DNA of 64,000 bases from an uncultured bacterium (GTDB lineage Bacteria; Actinomycetota; Acidimicrobiia; Spongiisociales; UBA5794), in contig CAWDDT010000007.1 of the NCBI GenBank assembly GCA_963801165.1, forward strand, positions 64,001-128,000. Direction: 5' to 3'. Below the pieces are notes generated by a model that did no database searches, was not told the origin of the DNA, and saw only the letters and a list, made by a program, of their open reading frames with translations. Of the stretch, positions 39,135-49,238 are shown one piece after another (the stretch's first letter is position 1; each line of letters opens with the position of its first letter). Position numbers and translations under genes: made by a program.

Positions 39135-42100
39135 ATGAGACGAAGCAGAAAGGTCGCCGACCGGCCGGATGCGGGTCCTGAAAGCGCCGGGGACGAGGCG
39201 CTGAATCCTCCTTCGGAGGGCGACGACTCACCGATAGACACCGAGCCCGTCGCTGAAGCCGGCGCCGGTCAGCCTGAGCGACCCCCGATACCCTCGGTTC
39301 TCGACCGGCTCGGCGCAAACTCAGACGAGACGACACGTGATCTCCTGGCAGCTGCCGAGGCGCGCGCCAGTTCGATCCGGGCTCGTGCCGAGGTCGAGGT
39401 AGCGGACGCGCTGGCGGCAAGCGCCCGGATGCGCTCGGAGGCCGCCTCGCTGTCGGCGACGGCGCGCGAGGCGCTGGCAACCGCATCGAACGATGCCGAG
39501 AGGACCCGCCACAAGGCCCGGTCTGCCCGTGAAGAGGCAGAGGCGTTGCTGGAGCGCGCCCGCGTCGATGGGCCCCAGATCCTTGCGTCGGCTCGCCAGG
39601 AAGCGAGCGCCTTGCTCGAGGCTGCCCGCAAGAAAGCCGCCAAGAGCGAAGCCGAGACCCGGCTGATCGTCGACGAGCAGCTCGATCTGGCGCGGCACGA
39701 GGCGGCCGAGATCGTGATGAAGGCCAGGAGAGAAGCCGAGCAAGCCCGAGAGCGGCTCCTCGATGAGCTCGCGGAGCTGCGGAGCGCTGCCGACAGCCAG
39801 ATTGCCGAGCGACGTGCCGATGCCGAAGATCAGACCGCGGCCTTGTTCAGCGCCGTGGACGAGGCTCGCGCCGATCTCGACAACGCGATAGTCCGTACCG
39901 CGTCTGATGTCGCCGACGCCCACCGTGCCGCAGAATCGGTTCTCGACGACGCACAGGTGCTTGCAGACGCCATCAAGACCGCAGCCGCCGACGACCAGGC
40001 TGTCGCTCAGATCAAGCTCGCTGAGGCCACCTCCCGCATCGCCGAGATGAATGCGGACCTCGACGACCGGCTTGCTGCAGTTGCTCGCCGGGAACGCGAA
40101 GTCATCCAAATGCGTGTCGACGTCGAGGAGGAAATCGCTGAGATGCAGCGGCGGTCCGCCGCGGCAGCCGAGGCAGTCCACCATGAGATCGAGGAGCGCC
40201 GTCGGGAGGTCGGCAAACTCAACCACGAGCTCGAGGCGGTCGAGCTGGAGACGGCGGCGCGGATTGCCTCGAGTCAGGCAGAGGCCGCCGAGTCGTTGGC
40301 GGCGGCAACAGAACGAGCTCGCCAGACGGAGGAGTCGGCAGAGGGGCGCGCCGCAGAAATGCTCGCGGATGCCGAGACGAGGCTGGCGACGGCGGAGCGC
40401 AAACTGGCGGATAGCGAGCTGCGAGAGCGTGAGTCCCGGCAGGTGCGCGAGGACGCCGAGCAAGAGGCGAGAAGGCTTCGCCAGGAGGCGGATATGGCCT
40501 CGATTGCGTTGGAGCGGAGCCGCACGGAGGTGGAGCAGGTCACCGCCGAGGCGGTCGGCGCCGCCAACGCCACACGCATGGAGGCCGAGCAGGAGGCCGA
40601 GGAGATTAGAAACGCGGCGCGTGCCGAGGCAGAGAAGGTGAGGGAGGAAGCATCCGTCCGTCTGGCCGATGCGGTGGCCGAGGCCGCGTCGATCCACGCC
40701 GCGGCCGAAGAGTCGGCGCGACTCGTCGAAGAGGGGCGTCGCCAGGCGGCGGATCAGTACGTGGAGCACCGAAGATCCGCGGCCGCCGCGCTCATCATCC
40801 AGGCCGAAGACCGTGGCGCCGAGTTGACTGCGCTTGCCGAGAAACGCGCCGAATCGCTCCGCAAGCAGCGAATCATCGAGCTCGACAGCGAGCTTGCAGA
40901 CCGGCGCGAGGAGCTGGCTGCTGAGCTGGCCGCCGGACGCGAAGCGGCTCGGGTCAAGGTGGACGAGGCGTTGGCGCGCGCCGGGGAGATCGAGAACGAC
41001 GCCGTGCAAACGGCCACGGAGACGGTGGCCTTCGCCGAGCAGAGAGCCGCCGCCTTGACCGCCGAGGCGGAAGCAACGGCCGGCAGGGTGCGGGCCGACG
41101 GTCAGCGACTTGCCGACGACATGGTTGCCGAGGCGACGCGGAGGCGTGACGAGATTCTCGCCTCGATACAAGCAGAGACCGCAGCAATCGATGCGGCCGC
41201 CAAGACCGCTCGGGAAGCCAGGGCAGAGGCTGCGAGGCAGACCGCGGCGGACCTTGTGGCCGGGGCCGAGGAGGAGGCGACGCAGCTGGCGGCCGCAGAG
41301 CAGGCCCGCCTGTCGGTGCTCGGCGAGGATGCGGCTGCACATGCGGTAGAGCTCGTCGGCCGTGCGGAGGCCGAGGCCGAGGAGATCAAGCGGGTGGCCG
41401 CGGCGGAAACGGAATCGATCGCTGCTGAGAGGGAAGCCGCTGCCGCGCAGGCGGTTGAGTTGGTTCGTCGTGCGGAGGCTGAGGCTGAGGAGATCCGCGC
41501 TGGGGCAGATCGAGCACGGATGGAAGGGGAGGCCGGGGCGGCTCGGTTGGTGGACGAGGCCAGGGCGGAGGCCGAGGAGATTAAGCGGGCGGCCGCGGCG
41601 GAGACGGAATCGATGGCCGCAGAGAAGCAGGCCGCTGCCGCGCAGGCGGTTGAGTTGGTTCGGCGGGCGGAGGCTGAGGCGGATGAGGTTCGGTCGGCGG
41701 CGGCTGCCGAGCGTGAGGCGGCGGCGCGGACGGCTGGCGAGTTGATTGCTCGGGCGGAGCAGGAGGCTGCGGAGTTGGCGTCTGTTGAGCAGGCGCGGTT
41801 GGCGGCGCTTGCGGAGGACGCGACGGCGCAGGCTGCCGAGTTGGTTCGTCGTGCGGAGGCTGATGCTGAGGAGATCCGGTCGGCGGCGGAAGCCGATCGT
41901 GAGGCTGCGACCGCACGGGCGCTGGATCTGATCGCCAACGCGGAGTTGGAAGCGAAGGATGTGGCCAAGCAGGCGGTGGCCGAAGCGACGGCCGAGCAGC
42001 ATGGTGTGCTCGACGCAAGAGCTGAGCTGGCTGCGGCGCAGGATGCTTTCTCGTTGCGGGAGGAAGCTCTGGCTATAGAGAAGGGCTCTCTTGCGGAGGA

Positions 42101-42605
42101 GCATGAGCGCATCGGCGCCGAGCGGGAGCATCTCACCGCCGAGAACGAGAAGCTGCACAGAAAACAGGCGTTGCTGGCGGAAGCGCAGGAAGCCTTCGTG
42201 AGCGAGCGCACGCTACTCCAGCGGCGATGGGCCGAAGTCGAGCACGAAGGCATCGCAGCTCTCGAGAAAGCACACGAGCAGGCGGAGCGCATCCTCGAAG
42301 ACGCGAGAAAGCAGGCGGATGCTCTCGCCGCCGGTCGATCGGACGCTGATGAGGTCGGGGCGACCTCCGCTACCACCGCACACGAAGCACTGGCTCGTCT
42401 CGATTCTGCGCTCGACGCCGCCCGTCGGGTCGTGGCCCGACGTGCCAGTGCCGAGGAGGAGGAGACCGGCGTCGACAACGACACCGCGATGTCGGGCGTG
42501 TGGGATGAGATCGCCGCAGACACGACGACGGGCTCGGACCGGCCGGCCACGTTCGAGGTCCCGAGGGACCCGGCCGTAGACGAGACCGGATTGTCGCCGG
42601 CCTGA
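39135..42605 (+). CDS. Very long coiled-coil protein (Scy-like composition)
   Basis: About 1156 aa, A/E/R-rich, recurring 'A(R/E)xEAEEI' units, disordered Pro/acidic ends; no catalytic motif. Confidence 0.85.
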   Translation: MRRSRKVADRPDAGPESAGDEALNPPSEGDDSPIDTEPVAEAGAGQPERPPIPSVLDRLGANSDETTRDLLAAAEARASSIRARAEVEVADALAASARMRSEAASLSATAREALATASNDAERTRHKARSAREEAEALLERARVDGPQILASARQEASALLEAARKKAAKSEAETRLIVDEQLDLARHEAAEIVMKARREAEQARERLLDELAELRSAADSQIAERRADAEDQTAALFSAVDEARADLDNAIVRTASDVADAHRAAESVLDDAQVLADAIKTAAADDQAVAQIKLAEATSRIAEMNADLDDRLAAVARREREVIQMRVDVEEEIAEMQRRSAAAAEAVHHEIEERRREVGKLNHELEAVELETAARIASSQAEAAESLAAATERARQTEESAEGRAAEMLADAETRLATAERKLADSELRERESRQVREDAEQEARRLRQEADMASIALERSRTEVEQVTAEAVGAANATRMEAEQEAEEIRNAARAEAEKVREEASVRLADAVAEAASIHAAAEESARLVEEGRRQAADQYVEHRRSAAAALIIQAEDRGAELTALAEKRAESLRKQRIIELDSELADRREELAAELAAGREAARVKVDEALARAGEIENDAVQTATETVAFAEQRAAALTAEAEATAGRVRADGQRLADDMVAEATRRRDEILASIQAETAAIDAAAKTAREARAEAARQTAADLVAGAEEEATQLAAAEQARLSVLGEDAAAHAVELVGRAEAEAEEIKRVAAAETESIAAEREAAAAQAVELVRRAEAEAEEIRAGADRARMEGEAGAARLVDEARAEAEEIKRAAAAETESMAAEKQAAAAQAVELVRRAEAEADEVRSAAAAEREAAARTAGELIARAEQEAAELASVEQARLAALAEDATAQAAELVRRAEADAEEIRSAAEADREAATARALDLIANAELEAKDVAKQAVAEATAEQHGVLDARAELAAAQDAFSLREEALAIEKGSLAEEHERIGAEREHLTAENEKLHRKQALLAEAQEAFVSERTLLQRRWAEVEHEGIAALEKAHEQAERILEDARKQADALAAGRSDADEVGATSATTAHEALARLDSALDAARRVVARRASAEEEETGVDNDTAMSGVWDEIAADTTTGSDRPATFEVPRDPAVDETGLSPA

Positions 42606-42819
42606 GCCGCAATCCACGGTTTCAGGTTGTCGGATCGCTCGATTGGCGTGGCCCCACCGTGATCGCGGTGGGGATCGCGTCCACGCACAGAGCGAAGCTG
42701 ACGAAACCGCCACGCCCCAGATTCCATTGCGGATCGAGCCATTCCTCCTCCCCGATCCGCACACCGCGGCTGAGCGAGTATCGTGGCTGTCTTGCATTCG
42801 ATTTCCCCGAGGTGTTGAT

Positions 42820-43719
42820 TTGAAGCGCTATCTGATTTGTGCCGCGGTTGTGGCCATGTTCGCTGCCGCTTGCGGCGGCGGTGGCAATGTCGCGGCCACT
42901 GTGAACGGGTCCGACATACAGGAGGCGACGGTGAGGAGCCTGGTCTCGGCCGATCAGGAGATGACCGATGCCGACTTCCGTGGTGTCCTCACCGCCATCG
43001 TCGAGTGGACCGCGATCAACGATGCCGCCAGTGCCGATTTCGGTATCGAGCCGACCGACCAGGAGATATCGGACTACTCGGACGGCATGGTCACCGATGC
43101 CGGTGTCTCCCGTGATGACTACCTGACGCAGAATCAGGTGTCGGAAGCTGGCTTTCTGCTCTACGCCGAGCAGCTTCTGATCGCAGACAAGGTGTTGGAG
43201 ATCTTCCGGCCCCAGGTCGCGACTCCCACCGCTGAGGAGGCTCAGCAGGCTCTGGCGGACGATCCGCTCTCGTGGACCACGGTGTGTGCATCCCACCTCC
43301 TAGTGGGGACCGCGGACGAAGCGAATGCCGCTCTCGCCCGGCTCGACGCAGGTGAGGACTTCGCCACGGTGGCGACCGATGTGTCGATCGATACCACGAG
43401 CGGCGCCAACGGCGGGGACCTCGGTTGTGTATCCCCTTCGCAGTGGGACCCGGACTTCGCCGACGCCGCGATGAACGCTGAAATCGGCGCCGTGACCGGG
43501 CCGGTGGAGACTCAGTTTGGGTTCCACCTCATCCTGGTCACGAGCCGTACCGAGGATACGACCGACGAGATCATCAGCCAGCTTGCGGATCAGCGTCTGT
43601 CCGACCTGGTGGGCGGGTGGTACCTGACCTCCGTTACCGACGCCGCGATCACCGTCGACCCCCAGTTCGGCACGTGGCAGACGGACCCGGCTCCGCAGAT
43701 CGTCGCTCCCGAGTCGTAA
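42820..43719 (+). CDS. PrsA/PpiC-type peptidyl-prolyl isomerase lipoprotein
   Basis: TTG start after GAGGTG; lipobox FAAAC; ASHLLV, GGDLG, TQFGFHLI. Confidence 0.9.
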   Translation: MKRYLICAAVVAMFAAACGGGGNVAATVNGSDIQEATVRSLVSADQEMTDADFRGVLTAIVEWTAINDAASADFGIEPTDQEISDYSDGMVTDAGVSRDDYLTQNQVSEAGFLLYAEQLLIADKVLEIFRPQVATPTAEEAQQALADDPLSWTTVCASHLLVGTADEANAALARLDAGEDFATVATDVSIDTTSGANGGDLGCVSPSQWDPDFADAAMNAEIGAVTGPVETQFGFHLILVTSRTEDTTDEIISQLADQRLSDLVGGWYLTSVTDAAITVDPQFGTWQTDPAPQIVAPES

Positions 43720-45084
43720 ATGGCGCGCCGCCGGTTTGGGGTCCTCGCCGACACCGCGGACACACCGGTTCGCGGTGAGATCCGGTTTCGCCCCGGTGCC
43801 CTCATCGTCTGTGATCCGGACGGCCGGATCGAGATGGTCGTGGAGCCGGGCGATGGCCAGTACGACAGTGTGAGGCAGGCCCTCGAGGCGAGCGGCGACC
43901 TGATTGCTGCCGGTCGGGGCGTCGTGCTGCTCCCCGGGTTCGTCGACCTGCACAACCATGCGCCACAATGGCCCCAGCTGGGCAAGGCACTCGACGTGCC
44001 GCTCGAGGTCTGGCTCGACCGCTATACGTTCCCGCTGGAGGCACGTTTTGCCGACCCCGCGTTCGCCGAGCGGGTCTATCGATCGTTGGTCGATCGGACG
44101 CTGCGCAATGGGACCACCACAGCCGTCTATTTCGGCACAGTGCACCAACGAGCAACCCGGCTGCTGGTGGACATCTGCCTCGAGTACGGCCAGCGGGCGG
44201 TGGTGGGCAAGGTGGCTATGGATCTGGAGGAGACCTGTCCCGATTACTACCGCGACGAGTCGGCGGCCGCGGCGATCTCGGCCACTGCCGACTTCATCGA
44301 ATACGTGAGGGCCCATACCCAGAACGAGAACGAGCTGGTACTGGCGGCCGCGACTCCCCGGTTCATCCCGAGTTGCAGCGACGAGTTGCTGACGGGGATG
44401 GGGGAGCTCGTCGCCGCAACGTCGTGTCTGGTGCAGACCCACTGTTCGGAGTCGGACTGGGCGCACCACTACGGTCTCGATCGATACGGGCGTTCCGATG
44501 TGCTCTCGTACGACGCGTTCGGTCTGCTGCGGCGGGGAACGGTGCTCGCCCACTCCAACTTCATCGACGCCGCCGACATGGACCTGGTCGCTGCCCGCGG
44601 TGCCGCGGTGGCCCATTGCCCGCTCTCCAACGCCTTCTTCGCCAATGCTGTCTTCCCGGTGCGGCGCGCTCTGGAGCGAGGCGTCACAGTCGGGCTGGGC
44701 ACGGACGTCTCAGGCGGTCCGCACCCGTCCCTCATGCGTACGGCGGCCGACACGGTCGTGGTCTCCCGGATGCTGGAGGACGGTGTCGATTCGCATCTCC
44801 CCGCCGATGTACGCGGCGTCGCCGGGAGCCGGGTGTCGTTCGCCGAGGCCCTGTGGATGGCAACGAGTGGCGGGGGTAAGGCCCTGGGTCTCCCCATCGG
44901 TCTCATCGAGCCCGGTTATCGCTTTGATGCCGTTGCGGTAGACACCTCACGGACCGACACCGATCTGATCGTTTGGCCGGATCTCGACACCCCGGCGGAC
45001 ATCGTGCAGAAGATCCTCAACAATGCGGCGCCTGTGGACATCGCCACGGTATGGGTCGACGGCCGGATCGTGGTGGGTGGCTGA
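43720..45084 (+). CDS. guaD: Guanine deaminase
   Basis: PGFVDLHNHAPQ, TPRFIPSCS, QTHCSE, HCPLSN, LGTDVSGG. Confidence 0.92.
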   Translation: MARRRFGVLADTADTPVRGEIRFRPGALIVCDPDGRIEMVVEPGDGQYDSVRQALEASGDLIAAGRGVVLLPGFVDLHNHAPQWPQLGKALDVPLEVWLDRYTFPLEARFADPAFAERVYRSLVDRTLRNGTTTAVYFGTVHQRATRLLVDICLEYGQRAVVGKVAMDLEETCPDYYRDESAAAAISATADFIEYVRAHTQNENELVLAAATPRFIPSCSDELLTGMGELVAATSCLVQTHCSESDWAHHYGLDRYGRSDVLSYDAFGLLRRGTVLAHSNFIDAADMDLVAARGAAVAHCPLSNAFFANAVFPVRRALERGVTVGLGTDVSGGPHPSLMRTAADTVVVSRMLEDGVDSHLPADVRGVAGSRVSFAEALWMATSGGGKALGLPIGLIEPGYRFDAVAVDTSRTDTDLIVWPDLDTPADIVQKILNNAAPVDIATVWVDGRIVVGG

Positions 45085-45774
45085 CTACCAGTCGGGCCGG
45101 ACGAGGGTGGCTCCCCGGTCGACACGCAGTGTCGTTCCGGTGACTGCAGCACTGAGGTCGCCGTTGAGCAGGAACCACACCGCCTTGCCGACATCGACGG
45201 GGTGAACGGTGACATGGCCGAGCGGCGTGGCCCTGTTGCCGTGCGGTTGCCCGTGCCGGGTCGATCCCACCGGGCCGCAGGCCACGGCGTTGACCCGGAT
45301 GGCGTTCGGGGCCACCCGGGCCGCCAGGTTCTCCATCTCGCTGCGGAGGAACACGGCAACCGGACCGGCGGGGCCGGCTCGCTCGATCGGTATCACGAAC
45401 ACGATGCTGCCCGCGTGTCCCCGATCCTGCATCCCGGTGGCCACGGTGGAGGCGAGGTCGATCCAGGGCAGGCACGACTCCAAATCGTCGTCCCGTGGTG
45501 GGTTGACGACGAGGTCGTCGATCCGCATCGATGGTGATGCACTCAGACGCTCGACAAGGACGGTGTCGATCGGGTGCGGCGGGTTGTCGATCCTGGCGAT
45601 CGCCACATCGAGCAGGGCGGTGTCCGTTGCCGCCGCGGTGACCGTTGCCCCGGCGCGAGCGATGACGTTGAGCACACCGGGCCCGGGGCCGGCGACGGCG
45701 TCGGCGATCAGGACCGCCCTGCCTTCGAACGAACCCGCCACTCCTTTGATCCGGTCGGCTCGCTTGCGAAACAT
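45085..45774 (-). CDS. Degenerate SDR-fold protein
   Basis: IRVNAVACGP and VTGTTLRVDRG SDR C-terminal signatures; no TGxxxGxG or YxxxK; TATGCT-N6-ATG. Confidence 0.75.
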   Translation of the reverse strand: MFRKRADRIKGVAGSFEGRAVLIADAVAGPGPGVLNVIARAGATVTAAATDTALLDVAIARIDNPPHPIDTVLVERLSASPSMRIDDLVVNPPRDDDLESCLPWIDLASTVATGMQDRGHAGSIVFVIPIERAGPAGPVAVFLRSEMENLAARVAPNAIRVNAVACGPVGSTRHGQPHGNRATPLGHVTVHPVDVGKAVWFLLNGDLSAAVTGTTLRVDRGATLVRPDW

Positions 45775-45835
45775 GCCAGGAGCATACGCCGACGGGGGTC
45801 TGTTCTTTGTCGGGGGTACCCGGTAGGTTGGCCCC

Positions 45836-46522
45836 ATGAGCAAGAGATATTTCACGCCAAGACTGTTTGCGTTCTTCAGAGACCTCGCTAAGAACAACAA
45901 CCGCGAGTGGTTCAAGGAGAACCAGGACGTCTACGAGAGCTACGTGCGGGAACCCGCCCTGGATTTCATCAACGACTTCGCCGGTCCTCTCGCCGGGATC
46001 AGCAGCCATTTCGTCGTCGATTCACGCAAGGTGGGCGGCTCGCTGTTTCGCATCCAGCGTGATACGCGCTTCGCCAAGGACAAGACGCCGTACAAGCCGA
46101 ACACGGGAATGCAGTTCCGCCACCGCGCCGGCAAGGATGTGCACGCCCCGGGCTTCTACATCCACCTACAGCCGGGGGAGTGCTTCGTCGGTGCCGGGCT
46201 GTGGCATCCGGAGACTGCGGCCGCCTATGCCATTCGGGAGAAGATCGACGAAGACAGGGCGGCGTGGAAGCGGGCCACCAGGTCCAAGCGGTTCACCGAG
46301 CGCCTGGCGCTCGGAGGCGACTCGCTGTCACGACCACCGCGTGGCTTCGATGCGGATCACCCTCTGATCGACGATCTGAAACGTAAGGACTTCATAGCAT
46401 CGACTCCGCTGACACAAGCGACGGTCACCTCGGATCGGCTCATGGATGACTTCACCGACGTGTGCCGGCGCTCGGCACCCTTGATGAAGTTCTTGTGCGA
46501 GGCGGTCGGCATTCCATTCTGA
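45836..46522 (+). CDS. DUF2461 / TIGR02453 family protein
   Basis: NNNREWF, FRIQRDTRFAKDKTPYK, PRGFD, LKRKDF. Confidence 0.92.
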   Translation: MSKRYFTPRLFAFFRDLAKNNNREWFKENQDVYESYVREPALDFINDFAGPLAGISSHFVVDSRKVGGSLFRIQRDTRFAKDKTPYKPNTGMQFRHRAGKDVHAPGFYIHLQPGECFVGAGLWHPETAAAYAIREKIDEDRAAWKRATRSKRFTERLALGGDSLSRPPRGFDADHPLIDDLKRKDFIASTPLTQATVTSDRLMDDFTDVCRRSAPLMKFLCEAVGIPF

Positions 46523-46583
46523 CCCGGCGATCTAGCAGGGGCCCCGGTCGTGTCGAGCCGGGGCCTCCACAAACCCGGTGAAC

Positions 46584-47666
46584 CTACAACTCGGCGATCT
46601 TGCCTGCTACCGCATCGAGAAGGTCGTCGAACGAGTCCTGGAACGCCTTGACACCGGCCACCTTGAGATCGGCGGTGATCTCGTCGAAGTCGATGCCGAA
46701 CTCGGCCAGCACGGCAATGTCGTGTCGAGCGTCTGCCACGTTGTTGGCCAGATCTGCCTTGGAGACGTCTCCGTGGTCGAGGAACGCATCGATCGTTGCC
46801 GGTGGCATCGTGTTGACCGTGTTGGGGCCGATCAGAGGCTCGACATAGAGCACGTCGGAGTACGCGGGGTTCTTGGTCCCGGTGCTGGCCCACAAGACGC
46901 GCTGCGCCCGGGCGCCGCGGGCGCGCAAGTCGGCAAAATCGGCGGTCTCGAAGATCTCGCGGTAGCGGTCGTAGGCGAGCTTGGCGTTGGCGACCGCGGC
47001 CTTGCCGCGCTGCGCCATGGCGGCATCCGAGCCGTTCTTCTCCAGAGCGGAGTCGGTGCTGGTGTCGACGCGGCTCACGAAGAACGAGGCGACGGACGCG
47101 ATCTTCTCAGGCTGTTGCGCGCGGCGGAGACCCCTCACATACGCCTGGGCGACGGCCTCGTAGTCCCCGAGCGAGAACATCAACGTGGAGTTGACATTGA
47201 CACCGGCGGCGATCAAATCCTCGATCGCGGGGACGCCCTCATCGGTTGCGGGGACCTTGATCATCAGGTTGGGCCGGTCGACGAGGTTCCACAGACGATG
47301 AGCGTCGGCGATGGTGCCCTCTGTGTCGTAGGCCAGGTGCGGCGAGACCTCCAGGCTGACGTATCCGTCGTCACCGCCGCTCGAGTCGTAGACCCCGCGC
47401 AACAAGTCGGCCGCTTCCTGGATATCGGCGACGGCGAGGCTCTCGAAGACGGCGACGGCCGAAGCGTCATCGGCTGCCGCGGCGATGGCGCCGTCGTAGT
47501 CGGCGGAGCCGGCTATGGCATTCTTGAAGATGGCCGGGTTGGAGGTCAGCCCGCGGATTCCGTCGTCGACCATCGACGCCAGCTCACCGTTCTCGAGAAT
47601 GTCGCGACGGATGAAATCGAGCCAGACCGATTGGCCTACATCGTGCAGATCGTGGAGCTTGCCCAT
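46584..47666 (-). CDS. tal: Transaldolase
   Basis: GQSVWLD, GLTSNPAIF, VSLEVSP, MIKVPAT, SFFVSRVD, LWASTGTK. Confidence 0.97.
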   Translation of the reverse strand: MGKLHDLHDVGQSVWLDFIRRDILENGELASMVDDGIRGLTSNPAIFKNAIAGSADYDGAIAAAADDASAVAVFESLAVADIQEAADLLRGVYDSSGGDDGYVSLEVSPHLAYDTEGTIADAHRLWNLVDRPNLMIKVPATDEGVPAIEDLIAAGVNVNSTLMFSLGDYEAVAQAYVRGLRRAQQPEKIASVASFFVSRVDTSTDSALEKNGSDAAMAQRGKAAVANAKLAYDRYREIFETADFADLRARGARAQRVLWASTGTKNPAYSDVLYVEPLIGPNTVNTMPPATIDAFLDHGDVSKADLANNVADARHDIAVLAEFGIDFDEITADLKVAGVKAFQDSFDDLLDAVAGKIAEL

Positions 47667-47745
47667 CGGAATTCCTCTTTCTGGTTTGGGTAGTCGTGGC
47701 GTAAGCCAACCTTACCCGTATGGGATCGTATGCAAACGTGTGCGC

Positions 47746-48615
47746 TCACCTGAGAAGGGCGGCGATCCGGTCGCGCAGAGCTTCCCCCAGCTCCGGATGC
47801 TCCAGACCGTAGGCGATCCCGGCCTCCAGGAATCCGAGCTTGTCGCCACAGTCGAATCGGGTGCCGGCGAGCTTGAGACCATGAAACGGGCTCTTGCCGA
47901 CGAGGTCGATCATGGAGTCTGTTAACTGGATTTCGTTACCCGCGCCCGTCTTGCCGCGACCGAGGTACTCCATCACCTCGGGTTGCAGGATGTACCTGCC
48001 GACGATGGCGAGGTTGGAGGGTGCGTCTTCAGGGGCGGGCTTCTCGACCAGACCCTTGATCTCGACGAGCCGGCCGTCGACCTCGCCCGGGGTGATCACG
48101 CCATAGCGCGCGGTCTGTTCCGGCGGAACCTCCATCAGTGAGACGACGCTGCCACCGTGCTTCTCGTACACCTCTACCAGTTCGACGAGTGTCGGCTTGT
48201 CGGCCTTGATGAGATCGTCTGCGAGCAGGACGGCAAAGGGCTCGTCGCCGATGAGGTTCCGGGCACACCACACGGCGTGGCCGAGTCCGAGGGGCGCCAT
48301 CTGACGCACGTAGGCGATCTGGCCCGGTTCGAGCTTCGGAGCGTTGATCAATGCCAGCTCTTTGTCCTTGCCGCGCTCGGTGAGGGTGGTTTCGAGCTCG
48401 AAGTCGCTGTCGAAATGGTCCTCGATGGCGTTCTTGCCACGGCCGGTGACGAAGATGAACTCCTCGATTCCAGCCGCCCTCGCTTCATCCATGACGTACT
48501 CGATGAGCGGCCTGTCGACTACCGGCAGCATCTCCTTCGGCAGAGTTTTGGTAGCGGGGAGAAATCGGGTACCGAGCCCTCCCGCCGGGAAGATTGCCTT
48601 GCGAACAGGTTTCAA
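47746..48615 (-). CDS. galU: UTP--glucose-1-phosphate uridylyltransferase
   Basis: GLGTRFLPATK, PKEMLP, LGLGHAV, VEKP, EIQLTD; TTG start inferred. Confidence 0.96.
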   Translation of the reverse strand: MKPVRKAIFPAGGLGTRFLPATKTLPKEMLPVVDRPLIEYVMDEARAAGIEEFIFVTGRGKNAIEDHFDSDFELETTLTERGKDKELALINAPKLEPGQIAYVRQMAPLGLGHAVWCARNLIGDEPFAVLLADDLIKADKPTLVELVEVYEKHGGSVVSLMEVPPEQTARYGVITPGEVDGRLVEIKGLVEKPAPEDAPSNLAIVGRYILQPEVMEYLGRGKTGAGNEIQLTDSMIDLVGKSPFHGLKLAGTRFDCGDKLGFLEAGIAYGLEHPELGEALRDRIAALLR

Positions 48616-48723
48616 GATGACGTTCCCTTCATAGCGCCCTTCATGGAGCACGGTGCATCGTATCGGTCGTGCCTGAGATTGGCACCCCACCCGAGCCGGC
48701 CGTCGGCCATACCGCCGTCAACG

Positions 48724-49182
48724 CTAGAGGACGGCGTCACCTACCCGGGCAACGTGGGCTTTGGCACGCACGTTGTACCAGGCGTGCTCGATCACCCCGC
48801 TCCCGTCCACCACAAAAGTGGAGCGGATGATGCCCTCGTACTCCTTGCCATAGTTCTTCTTCATCCCCCAGGCACCGAAGTCAATTGCCATGGAGTGATC
48901 CTCGTCGCTGAGTAGGGCAAACGGCAGCTCGTAGTCCTTGCGGAACTTGGCAAGGCGCGCCACGGGGTCGGGGCTGACGCCGACTACGTCATAGCCTGCG
49001 TCGAGAAAGCGGTGATAGTTGTCGCGAAAGTCGCATGACTCGCCCGTGCAACCGGGGGTGAATGCCTTGGGGTAGAAGTAGATGACGAGACCGCGACCGG
49101 CGAAGTCCTTGTCCGTCCGTTGGCTGCCCTGGTCGTCGATCCGGCTGAAGCCGGGCATCTTGGTCCCTGGTTCGAGTTTCAT
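48724..49182 (-). CDS. bcp: Peroxiredoxin Bcp
   Basis: YFYPKAFTPGCTGESC, RSTFVVD. Confidence 0.94.
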   Translation of the reverse strand: MKLEPGTKMPGFSRIDDQGSQRTDKDFAGRGLVIYFYPKAFTPGCTGESCDFRDNYHRFLDAGYDVVGVSPDPVARLAKFRKDYELPFALLSDEDHSMAIDFGAWGMKKNYGKEYEGIIRSTFVVDGSGVIEHAWYNVRAKAHVARVGDAVL

Positions 49183-49238
49183 CCCGTCCTCGCTGTTCCT
49201 CGCGAACTGAGTTTGCTCTGCGAACTCTTGCGCTCACC

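Noticed and set aside
35798-42605. Phage tape-measure or SMC proteins
   Set aside because: No phage genes, Walker motifs or hinge domain; the DivIVA-like head argues otherwise
39321-42742. Long minus-strand ORFs (945 aa, 546 aa) opposite the second coiled-coil gene
   Set aside because: Antisense shadows of Ala/Glu/Arg-rich high-GC coding sequence; no motifs
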